Below are positions 53,831 to 64,000 of a DNA stretch of 64,000 bases, in pieces. Every line of letters begins with the position of its first letter. Position 1 is the stretch's first letter. Below the pieces are notes generated by a model. It saw only the letters and a program-made list of their open reading frames with translations. It was not told the DNA's origin and made no database searches. Location of the stretch: NCBI GenBank assembly GCA_038200435.1, contig JBBPXY010000015.1, positions 6,396 through 70,395 of the forward strand, written 5' to 3'. Made by a program: the position numbers and the translations under genes. This stretch comes from Solirubrobacterales bacterium (GTDB lineage Bacteria > Actinomycetota > Thermoleophilia > Solirubrobacterales > Solirubrobacteraceae).

Positions 53831-55773
53831 CCCGGATCCTCGACCGCATCGACCGCCCGCAGGACCTGCACGGCCTCACCGACGAGGAGCTCCAGACGGT
53901 GGCTCAGGAGGTGCGTGAGCACATCATCGACACCGTCGGTGAGATCGGCGGCCACTTCGGAGCGAACCTGGGGACGTGCGAGCTCGCGGTGGCGCTGCAC
54001 TCCCTGCTCGATTCGCCGCGCGACAAGGTCCTCTGGGACGTCGGCCATCAGGCCTACCCGCACAAGGTGATCACGGGCCGGCGCGACGCGCTGCCCACGA
54101 TCCGCAAGTACCAGGGCCTGGCCCCGTTCTGCGCAATCGCTGAATCCGAGCACGACATCATGGGCGCGGGACACGCGTCGACGTCGATCGGCTACGGCGT
54201 CGGCCTCAAGGAGGGCATGCGCCAGGGGGTCGGCGACAACGGCAAGGTCGTCGCGGTCATCGGCGACGGCGCGATGACCGGCGGAGTCGCCTTCGAGGCG
54301 GTGCACCAGGCCGGAGGGCTCCAGACCCCGCTCGTCGTCGTCCTGAACGACAACGGCATGTCGATCTCGCCCAACGTCGGCGCGATGTCGCGCTACTTCA
54401 CGCGCATGCGGCTCAACCCGCGCTGGTGGAAGGCGCGCGAAGGCGTGGAGGGCGGCCTGACCAAGCTCCCCGCCCCGTTCGGCGCCGCGTTCGAGCGTCT
54501 CGGCCCGCAGCTCAAGGAGTCGATCAAGGCCTTTTGGGCGCCCGGCCTGTGGTGGGAAGAGCTCGACTGGGCCTACATGGGCGTGATCGACGGGCACGAC
54601 GTGCGCGCCGTGCGCGAGGCCATGCGCGAGGCACTCGCGGCGGAGCGGCCGGTGGTCGTGCACGTGGCGACCATCAAGGGCAAGGGCTTCGCCGCCGCCG
54701 AGGGAGGCGGCCTCGAGGGCATGGAGAAGTGGCACGCCGCCAAGCCGGGCTCGATCGTCGGGGGCGTGCCGGCCTCGGCACCGAAGAAGCCCGCGCGCGA
54801 CGGCAACGCGCCTCCTCCCGTGCCCCAGTACACGACCGTATTCGGCAACGCCCTCGTCGAGGAGTGCCGGCGCGACGAGCGCGTCGTCGGCATCACCGCG
54901 GCCATGAACTCCGGCACCGGGTTGAACATCCTCCAGAAGGCGATGCCCGAGCGCTACTTCGATGTGGGCATCGCCGAGCAGCAGGCGATCCTCTTCGCAT
55001 CCGGACTCGCACTTCAGGGAGCGCGGCCGGTGGCGGCGATCTACTCGACGTTCCTGCAGCGCGCCTACGACCAGATCGTGCACGACGTCTGCCTGCAGAA
55101 CCTGCCCGTGGTCTTCGCGATGGACCGCGCGGGGCTGGTGGGCGACGACGGCCCGACCCATCACGGCGTCTTCGACATCGCCTACCTGCGCTGCCTGCCC
55201 AACATCGTCCTCGCCGCCCCACGCGACGAGGCGATGCTTGTTCACATGCTGCACACTGCGCTGACCCACGACGGGCCGGTGGCGCTGCGCTACCCGCGCG
55301 GGGAGGGCATGGGCGTCCCGTTGCCCGAGGCCCCGCGCGCGATCGGAGTTGGCACGGGCGAGATACTCCGGGAGGGCCGTCGCGTCGCGCTGCTGGCCTA
55401 CGGCACGGGCGTGGCGAAGGCGCTCGAGGCCGCCGACATCCTGGCGGAGGGAGGCCTCGAGGTCACCGTGGCCGACGCCCGCTTTGCCAAGCCGATCGAC
55501 GCCGGGCTCGCGGCGCAGCTCGCCGCGGAGCACGAGCTGCTCGTGACGGTGGAGGAGGGCGTTCTCACCGGCGGCTTCGGCTCCGCGGTCTGGGAGACCC
55601 TCTCAGACGCCGGCGCCGCGCCGCGGATCATGCGGGTGGGCCTTCCCGATCGCTACGTCACCCATGGCACTCCGAACCTCCTCCACGAGGAGGTCGGCTT
55701 CACCGGCAAGCGCATCGCCGAGCGCATCGAGGCCGCCGTGCTCGAGCCGCGTGGCACCCTCGCATCCGCCTGA
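53827..55773 (+). CDS. dxs: 1-deoxy-D-xylulose-5-phosphate synthase
   Basis: Motifs GGHFGANLG, DVGHQAYPHK, IGDGAMTGG, DRAGLVGDDGPTHHG. Length 648 aa. Confidence 0.95.
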   Translation: MTRILDRIDRPQDLHGLTDEELQTVAQEVREHIIDTVGEIGGHFGANLGTCELAVALHSLLDSPRDKVLWDVGHQAYPHKVITGRRDALPTIRKYQGLAPFCAIAESEHDIMGAGHASTSIGYGVGLKEGMRQGVGDNGKVVAVIGDGAMTGGVAFEAVHQAGGLQTPLVVVLNDNGMSISPNVGAMSRYFTRMRLNPRWWKAREGVEGGLTKLPAPFGAAFERLGPQLKESIKAFWAPGLWWEELDWAYMGVIDGHDVRAVREAMREALAAERPVVVHVATIKGKGFAAAEGGGLEGMEKWHAAKPGSIVGGVPASAPKKPARDGNAPPPVPQYTTVFGNALVEECRRDERVVGITAAMNSGTGLNILQKAMPERYFDVGIAEQQAILFASGLALQGARPVAAIYSTFLQRAYDQIVHDVCLQNLPVVFAMDRAGLVGDDGPTHHGVFDIAYLRCLPNIVLAAPRDEAMLVHMLHTALTHDGPVALRYPRGEGMGVPLPEAPRAIGVGTGEILREGRRVALLAYGTGVAKALEAADILAEGGLEVTVADARFAKPIDAGLAAQLAAEHELLVTVEEGVLTGGFGSAVWETLSDAGAAPRIMRVGLPDRYVTHGTPNLLHEEVGFTGKRIAERIEAAVLEPRGTLASA

Positions 55774-55893
55774 TCGCAACATGCCGCCCCGGGCGCTTTG
55801 TTCCGCCGCGGGCAACGGCCTCTACGGGGCGGGCAACATCTGCCTCATCAACAGCAACGTCATCGGCTGACCAAGGAGAAGCGCTCTTCCAAA

Positions 55894-55926
55894 GAGAACG
55901 GCCCGCCGGGGAGGCGGGCCGTTCTC
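55894..55926. terminator. bidirectional terminator hairpin between convergent genes
   Basis: A perfect 14-bp stem, GAGAACGGCCCGCC-GGGGA-GGCGGGCCGTTCTC. Confidence 0.7.
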
Positions 55927-55975
55927 AGGGGAGGAGAGATGTAGCTATGGGGTATGTGATCTATGGGGTGAAGTT

Positions 55976-56374
55976 CTAGGAGCGCAGCGAGTAGCGGGTG
56001 GTCGCGTTGAGCGCGAGCTGGGCGATAGCGATGCCGCCGAGGGCGCTCATCGCAACGCGGTCGCCACTCAGGCCAAGCAGCAGGGCTCCGGCGAGAGATC
56101 CGAAGGCCACGGCGTAGTCGAAGGCGTAGTGGGTGCTGAGGCGCACGCTCGAGTCGGTAGTGCTGAGGGCGAGGCCGACGAGCAGCGCTCCGACGAGCAG
56201 CGAGACCGCTGCGCCGGCCGGACCGAAGTGCAGGGCGAACGGAGCCACCATGGCGACCAAGCCGAGCATGAACTCGACAGCGCCGTGCGCCGGGAGGGTG
56301 ATGAGTCGGAAGGCAGTCATCGCCTCGAAGATGCTGACGCGCGCGTCACCGAGTGACTGTGAGGCTGCGCACAC
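55976..56374 (-). CDS. small hydrophobic membrane protein (about 4 TM helices)
   Basis: Third codon positions are GC-rich and helices are present (GAVEFMLGLVAMVAPFAL, AAVSLLVGALLVGLAL, ...). The start is either ATG 56374 or ATG 56320 (MTAFRLITLP). Confidence 0.6.
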   Translation of the reverse strand: MCAASQSLGDARVSIFEAMTAFRLITLPAHGAVEFMLGLVAMVAPFALHFGPAGAAVSLLVGALLVGLALSTTDSSVRLSTHYAFDYAVAFGSLAGALLLGLSGDRVAMSALGGIAIAQLALNATTRYSLRS

Positions 56375-56395
56375 GTGTTGTGTGCAGCTGCGCTG

Positions 56396-56653
56396 CTACC
56401 GGCGGCCGCGCGAGAACGCTGCGCCGCGGCCTGCCTTCAGCACGATCCGGCGCAGCTCGGCGCGGTCGTGCGGGCCGAGAGCGCTCGGCCCCCGGCGTGA
56501 GATGCGCAGCAGCCGGCCGAGCTCCTGCTGCTCGGACGGCGTGAGTGCGCGCCAGCCCTGGCTGCCGTGGCGGTAGATGCGACGAGCGGCGTCGAGAACG
56601 GCGAGGGCGGGGACGCGGCGGGCGGCGATGCGGGCGAAGGCGGACATGTCCAA
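56396..56653 (-). CDS. 85-aa helical, Arg-rich hypothetical protein
   Basis: GC3-rich codons and an ATG start. It is divergent from tlyA with a 62-nt spacer. Confidence 0.4.
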   Translation of the reverse strand: MDMSAFARIAARRVPALAVLDAARRIYRHGSQGWRALTPSEQQELGRLLRISRRGPSALGPHDRAELRRIVLKAGRGAAFSRGRR

Positions 56654-56715
56654 GCAGTCTGTCCTGTCACGCGCGGCTCAAACTCGAAGGATTCGATCGT
56701 CTAGCTTTCGCCGCG

Positions 56716-57507
56716 ATGGTCAAGGTCCGCCTCGACTCCCTTCTCGCCGAGCGCGGTCTGTTCGACTCGCGCAGCCGCGCCGCCGCCTCGGTGCTGGCGG
56801 GAGAGGTGCGACTGGGTGCAGGCCGGCAGCGGGCGGACAAGCCTGGCCAGCTCGTGGCCGCTGATGTCGACGTGGCGCTCGACGAGGCGCCGGCCTTCGT
56901 CTCGCGCGGCGGCCGCAAGTTGGCCAACGCCCTGGCGGCCCTGCCCGGTCTCGAGGTCGCGGGGCGCCGGGCGCTCGACGTCGGGGCCTCGACGGGCGGG
57001 TTCACCGACTGCCTGCTCCAGGCGGGAGCCACGCACGTGACCGCGCTCGACGTGGCCTACGGCGAGTTGCACTGGCGGCTGCGCAACGACCCGCGGGTTA
57101 CGGTGCTCGAGCGCAAGAACGCTCGCCAAGTGCGCCTGGACGACCTTCCGTACGCCCCCGAGCTGATCGTGGCCGACGTCTCCTTCATCTCCCTCGCCAA
57201 GATCTTCCCGGCCGTGCTGGCCTGCTCCGCCCCCCGGTTCGACTTCCTGGCCTTGATCAAGCCGCAGTTCGAGGTCGGGCGCGAGCGCGTCGGCAAGGGG
57301 GGAGTGGTCCGGGAAGCCAGCGATCGCCGGGATGCCCTCGTAGGGGCGGCGACCGCGGCCCGCGATCAGGGCGCATCGGTCCTCGGCTTCGCCTCCTCTG
57401 GCCTGCCGGGCCCCAAGGGCAACCTGGAGTCGTTCGTCTGGCTTGCCGAGGGGACGCGCGGCGGAGTTGCCGACCTCGGAGCCGCGGCGCGTGAGATCGA
57501 GCCGTGA
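56716..57507 (+). CDS. tlyA: TlyA-family rRNA 2'-O-methyltransferase (S4 + FtsJ domains)
   Basis: ATG 56716 lies within ORF 56545..57507. Motifs RLDSLLAERGL, VSRGGRKL, LDVGASTGGFTD, DVSFISL. Confidence 0.88.
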   Translation: MVKVRLDSLLAERGLFDSRSRAAASVLAGEVRLGAGRQRADKPGQLVAADVDVALDEAPAFVSRGGRKLANALAALPGLEVAGRRALDVGASTGGFTDCLLQAGATHVTALDVAYGELHWRLRNDPRVTVLERKNARQVRLDDLPYAPELIVADVSFISLAKIFPAVLACSAPRFDFLALIKPQFEVGRERVGKGGVVREASDRRDALVGAATAARDQGASVLGFASSGLPGPKGNLESFVWLAEGTRGGVADLGAAAREIEP

Positions 57508-58370
57508 AGCGGGCGCGCACCGCCACGGTCTTCACCCACCGCCGGCCGTCGGAGACCGCTGAGGCGCTCTCCACGCTGTGCCGGGCCGCCGAGCGGGCGG
57601 GAGTCGAGCTGCGCTTCTCGCCCGAGGAGACTGCGAAGCACGGGTTGCAGGGCAGCAGCGCCAGTCTCATCGACGCGCCGCTCGACCACGGGGTCGACCT
57701 GTGTCTTGTACTCGGGGGCGACGGCACGATCCTCCACGGCCTGCGCAACTACGTGGGCACGGGCGTCCCCGTGTTCGGGGTGAACTTCGGGGAGGTCGGC
57801 TTCCTGGCGACGGTGGATCCGGAGAACACCGAGGAGGGCATCGACCGGGCGCTGCGCGGGGACTTCGAAGTGCTGAGCCTGCCATCGATCGAGCTCAAAG
57901 GGCCCGGCGAGACGCCCATGCCCGCGATCAACGACGTCTCCTTCCAGCGCAAGCACGGGCTGCGGGTGGCCGATCTCGCCTACTCCGTCGGGGAGGACGA
58001 GGTGGGCCGGGTGCGGTGCGACGGGCTTGTCGTCGCCACGCCCGCGGGCTCGACGGGCTACAACCTCGCCAACGGTGGGCCCGTGATGGCGTGGGGCGTC
58101 GAAGGGTTCGTCGTTTCCTTCATCGCGCCCCACTCCCTCACCGCGCGCGCGCTCGTGATCGCGCCCGGCGACACGATCACGGTGAGCAACCGCTCGCGGG
58201 AGGAGCCGGCAGTCATCACCGTCGACGGCCGCCCGGCCGGCGAGCTCGAGCCGGGCGCCTCGTTCGAGGTGTCCTTCTCCGAGGCGCGAGCCACCCTGGC
58301 CCAGATCCCCGGCGCGTCTTTCTACCACCGTTTGCGCGAGAAGTTTGGACGGTTGGCCACAGGGGTGTGA
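57504..58370 (+). CDS. nadK: NAD kinase
   Basis: Motifs LVLGGDGTIL, GVNFGEVGFL, ATPAGSTGYNLANGGP. Confidence 0.9.
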   Translation: MKRARTATVFTHRRPSETAEALSTLCRAAERAGVELRFSPEETAKHGLQGSSASLIDAPLDHGVDLCLVLGGDGTILHGLRNYVGTGVPVFGVNFGEVGFLATVDPENTEEGIDRALRGDFEVLSLPSIELKGPGETPMPAINDVSFQRKHGLRVADLAYSVGEDEVGRVRCDGLVVATPAGSTGYNLANGGPVMAWGVEGFVVSFIAPHSLTARALVIAPGDTITVSNRSREEPAVITVDGRPAGELEPGASFEVSFSEARATLAQIPGASFYHRLREKFGRLATGV

Positions 58371-58424
58371 CGAGCTGCCCCGTTCGAGCCGATCCGTCGG
58401 CCGCGGCTGGTTCACTGAGACTCG

Positions 58425-60095
58425 ATGCTCCTCGAGCTCCGTGTCGAGAACCTTCTGCTCATCGAGCGGGCCGAGCTACGGCTGGGCCCGGGCCTGAACG
58501 TGCTCACGGGTGAGACCGGCGCAGGCAAGACGATGCTCGCTCACGCGCTCGATCTGCTGCTGGGCGGGCGACCGCGTCCCGGCGCCGTGCGGCCCGGCGC
58601 GGCCGAGGCCTGGGTGGAGGGCGTCTTCGAGCTCTCGAACGAGCTGCGTGAGCGCATGGGCGACCGTCTCGCGCCCGACGCCGACGAGGTGGTGCTCGCT
58701 CGCCGTGTGGGCGCCGACGGGCGCACGCGCGCCTATCTCCAAGGACGCACGGCCACGGTCGGCGATCTACGCGAGGCCGGGGAGCTCCTGCTCGCCTTCT
58801 ACGGCCAGCATGAGCACCGCAAGCTCTCGCTCGCCTCGGCGCAGCTCGAGGTGCTCGACGGATACTGCGGGCCCGCTCAGCGCGAGCGCCGGGCGCGGTG
58901 CACGGCGGCTCACGCGCAGGTGCGCGCGCAGCGCACGCGCCTGTCTGAACTGAGCGAGCTCGCCGGCGCGCGCGAGCGCGAGATCGACCTGCTCGAGTTC
59001 GAGCTGCGCGAGATCGACGAGGCCTCGCCGACCGAGGAGGAAGCGACCGGCCTCGAGCGCGAGCGCGAGCGGTTGCGCCACCTCGAGGGGCTGCGCTCGG
59101 GAGCGTTCGGCGCCGCCACCGCCCTGGCCGGCGAGGACGACCAGCCCGGGGCGGCTGCGCTGCTCGCCGGGGCCGAGCACGGTCTCGAGATGGTCGCCGG
59201 CGTCGACTCCGAGCTCGACGCGCTCGCCGAGCGCTTCCGCGCGGTCCGCTTCGAGGCCGAAGACCTGGCGGGTGAGCTCCGCCGCTACGAGGAGACGGTC
59301 GATGCTCCGGAAGGGCGACTGGACGAAGTGGAGGATCGCCTCGCTCTCTTCGCACGGCTCGAGCGCAAGCACGGCGGTTCGATCGGTGCCGTGCTCGCGC
59401 ACGCGGAGCGTTGCCGCGCCCGCCACGCAGAGTTGACCGGGGCGGAGGAGGCGTTCGCGGGGGCCGAATCGGCTCTCGCCGTCGCCCAGGCCGAACTTGA
59501 CGCGGCGGCCAAGGAGCTGCACACGGCCCGCGAGGGCGCCGGTCCCGAGCTCGCGGCCGCGGTGCGCGGGCGCCTCGGCGAGCTGGCGATGGAGGGCGCC
59601 TCCTTCGAGGTCGCACTCAGCCCGCGGGATGAACCGGGCCCGGCGGGGGCAGATCACGTCGAGTTCCTCATCGCGCCCAACCCGGGCGTTCCCGCTGGGC
59701 CGTTGCGCGAGATCGCCTCGGGCGGCGAGACCTCGCGGGTGATGCTCGCGCTGCTCGGTGTCGCGCACGGTCGCGGCGCCGGCGATGCGCGCCTGCTCGT
59801 CTTCGACGAGGTCGACGCGGGCATCGGTGGCCAGACCGCCCGGGCGGTGGGCACCCACCTGCGCGAGCTGGCCGAGGGCCGCCAGATCCTCTGCATCACG
59901 CACCTTCCGCAGATCGCCTCGCAAGCCGTGCGCCATTTCCGCATCGCGAAGGACCTGGGCCGCGAGCCCGCTGTCACGACGGTGGGCGACCTGGGCGGCG
60001 ACGAGGTGGTCGGCGAGCTCGTGCGGATGCTCGGTGCCGACTCGGGCGACCGCGCGGCGCACGACCACGCCCGGGAGCTGCTGAAGGCCGCATGA
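58425..60095 (+). CDS. recN: DNA repair protein RecN
   Basis: MLLELRVENLLLIE, Walker A GETGAGKTM, long coiled coils, and SGGETSRVMLAL with LLVFDEVDAGIGG. Confidence 0.93.
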   Translation: MLLELRVENLLLIERAELRLGPGLNVLTGETGAGKTMLAHALDLLLGGRPRPGAVRPGAAEAWVEGVFELSNELRERMGDRLAPDADEVVLARRVGADGRTRAYLQGRTATVGDLREAGELLLAFYGQHEHRKLSLASAQLEVLDGYCGPAQRERRARCTAAHAQVRAQRTRLSELSELAGAREREIDLLEFELREIDEASPTEEEATGLERERERLRHLEGLRSGAFGAATALAGEDDQPGAAALLAGAEHGLEMVAGVDSELDALAERFRAVRFEAEDLAGELRRYEETVDAPEGRLDEVEDRLALFARLERKHGGSIGAVLAHAERCRARHAELTGAEEAFAGAESALAVAQAELDAAAKELHTAREGAGPELAAAVRGRLGELAMEGASFEVALSPRDEPGPAGADHVEFLIAPNPGVPAGPLREIASGGETSRVMLALLGVAHGRGAGDARLLVFDEVDAGIGGQTARAVGTHLRELAEGRQILCITHLPQIASQAVRHFRIAKDLGREPAVTTVGDLGGDEVVGELVRMLGADSGDRAAHDHARELLKAA

Positions 60096-60134
60096 TGCGA
60101 AATCGGCCGACTCATCCGCCGACCCTTGATCTAG

Positions 60135-63024
<2,890 letters not shown>

Positions 63025-63028
<4 letters not shown>

Positions 63029-63582
63029 GCTCGTTCGAGAAGACCGGCGAGAAGGTTGCCTGGGAGGGCAAGATCGCGACAGTTCGCGTCGACTCCTTCC
63101 GCCATGCCGACGATGGCGAGGAGGTCTCGCGCGAAGTCGTCGCCCATCCGGGCGCGGTGGCGATCGTCGCCCACGACGGCGAGCACGTCTGGCTGGTGCG
63201 CCAGCCGCGTGAAGTCGTGGGGGAGGAGCGGCTGCTCGAGCTTCCAGCAGGGAAGCTCGAACCGACCACCGGCTCCGCCGGCGGTGCCCGTGACGAACCG
63301 CCTCTCGAGACCGCCAAGCGCGAGCTGGCGGAGGAGATCGGCAAGGCCGCCGAGCAGTGGGAGAGCCTTGGCAAGCTCTACACGAGCCCCGGCTTCACGG
63401 ACGAGCAAGTGGAGGTCTTCCTCGCCACGGAGCTCTCCGACGCCTCCGCCGAATCTGAGGAGAACGAGCGCATCGAGATCGTCGAGTGGCCTTTGGATCG
63501 CCTCGACGAGGCGATCGACGATTGCCACGACGGCAAGTCGCTGGCCGGCCTCTTCTGGCTGCGCCGCCGCCTGCGCGGCTGA
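63025..63582 (+). CDS. NUDIX hydrolase (ADP-ribose pyrophosphatase-like)
   Basis: ATG 63025 (ATGA overlap) lies inside ORF 62749..63582. The Nudix box is GKLE...ETAKRELAEEIG. Confidence 0.85.
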
Positions 63583-63660
63583 GGCGAAACGCCCGTTCGG
63601 GCGTGAAGAAGTCCGTGCAGCGGCAAGGACATCGGGCGTCCGCGCGGAACTGGAGTGCTC

Positions 63661-64000
63661 GTGGCCACCGCCGTCGCTCCCCCCGCTACCCGTCCCTTCG
63701 AGCATCTCGTGCTCGACTTTCTCGCCTACCTCGAGTTCGAGCGCGGACTGTCGCGCAACACGCTCGAGGCCTACCGCTCCGACCTTCTTCAGTACGGGAA
63801 CTTCCTCGCGGCGCGCGACCTCGACGCGCTGACGGCCGATCACAGCGACCTGAGCGCCTTCATCGCAGAGCTCGCCGGCCCGCGTCCCGGCCGCGCCGCC
63901 GCCGCCGCGACGACCGTGCAGCGCAAAGTCGCGTGCCTGCGCTCCTTCTATCGCCACCTGCGCCGGGAGGAGATGCTCGAGCATGATCCCACGGCCGACC
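63661..64000 (+). CDS. xerD: tyrosine recombinase XerD/XerC, N-terminal part (runs off the window end)
   Basis: It is not in the ORF track because it has no stop in the window. Hand translation from GTG 63661 gives VATAVAPPATRPFEHLVLDFLAYLEFERGLSRNTLEAYRSDLLQYGNFL...VQRKVACLRSFYRHL. Confidence 0.8.
   Translation, partial: MATAVAPPATRPFEHLVLDFLAYLEFERGLSRNTLEAYRSDLLQYGNFLAARDLDALTADHSDLSAFIAELAGPRPGRAAAAATTVQRKVACLRSFYRHLRREEMLEHDPTAD

Noticed and set aside
55781-55979. Three small items downstream of dxs:
- a 29-aa ORF, MPPRALCSAAGNGLYGAGNICLINSNVIG
- an SD-ATG-TAG minimal ORF (55931-55944)
- the direct repeat CTATGGGGT x2 (55945-55953 and 55961-55969)
   Set aside because: The 29-aa ORF has no convincing SD and no neighbouring maturation or transport genes. 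The region is best explained as 3' UTR plus the 14-bp bidirectional terminator hairpin and the 3' end of the convergent membrane gene. The repeat is too short to interpret.
63661-64000. The tyrosine recombinase at the window end, considered as evidence for an integrated mobile element.
   Set aside because: Its N-terminal sequence and its position after pyrG and the Nudix gene match the housekeeping xerD context of Actinobacteria. I saw no att-like repeats, phage genes or transposase genes.

Overview
This is a very GC-rich bacterial chromosome segment; third codon positions are almost all G/C, which produces many Arg-rich shadow ORFs in the track. All family calls below come from motifs I recognise by eye, with no database search.

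Housekeeping backbone: hisS-aspS, mnmA, alaS-ruvX-mltG-aroE ... aroC-aroK/aroB-aroQ-pepP ... efp-nusB, xseB-ispA-dxs, tlyA-nadK-recN and pyrG-nudix-xerD. From memory this is the gene order of Actinobacteria such as Mycobacterium. I therefore infer a deep-branching, monoderm actinobacterium, perhaps Thermoleophilia- or Rubrobacteria-like.

Main feature: a complete, secretin-less type IV pilus (T4P) locus of about 19 kb (about 25.5-44.7 kb) sits inside the shikimate gene set, between aroE and aroC. In order it contains:
- pilB, pilT and pilC
- a 62-aa DnaJ-type zinc-finger miniprotein
- a strong c-di-GMP-I (GEMM) riboswitch candidate with an anti-SD expression platform directly upstream of the major pilin pilA
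- a degenerate pilin paralog
- a 1305-aa secreted protein with 6 PKD and 6 Ig-like repeats
- three minor pilins (731, 297 and 422 aa; one carries a PKD domain)
- pilD, pilM, pilN, pilO and a PilP-like protein

Other features:
- a ydaO-type c-di-AMP riboswitch candidate upstream of a secreted hydrolase with a peptidoglycan-binding domain
- a membrane GGDEF diguanylate cyclase
- an IscU-like/MnmA fusion
- a cluster of polytopic GT-C-like membrane proteins at the 5' end
- tRNA-Lys(CUU) and tRNA-Met(CAU)
- a 117-aa tandem-repeat tail-anchored protein
- several apparent single-nucleotide frameshifts at short G/C runs, which are either pseudogenes or assembly indels

I saw no CRISPR array, rRNA, transposase or phage genes.
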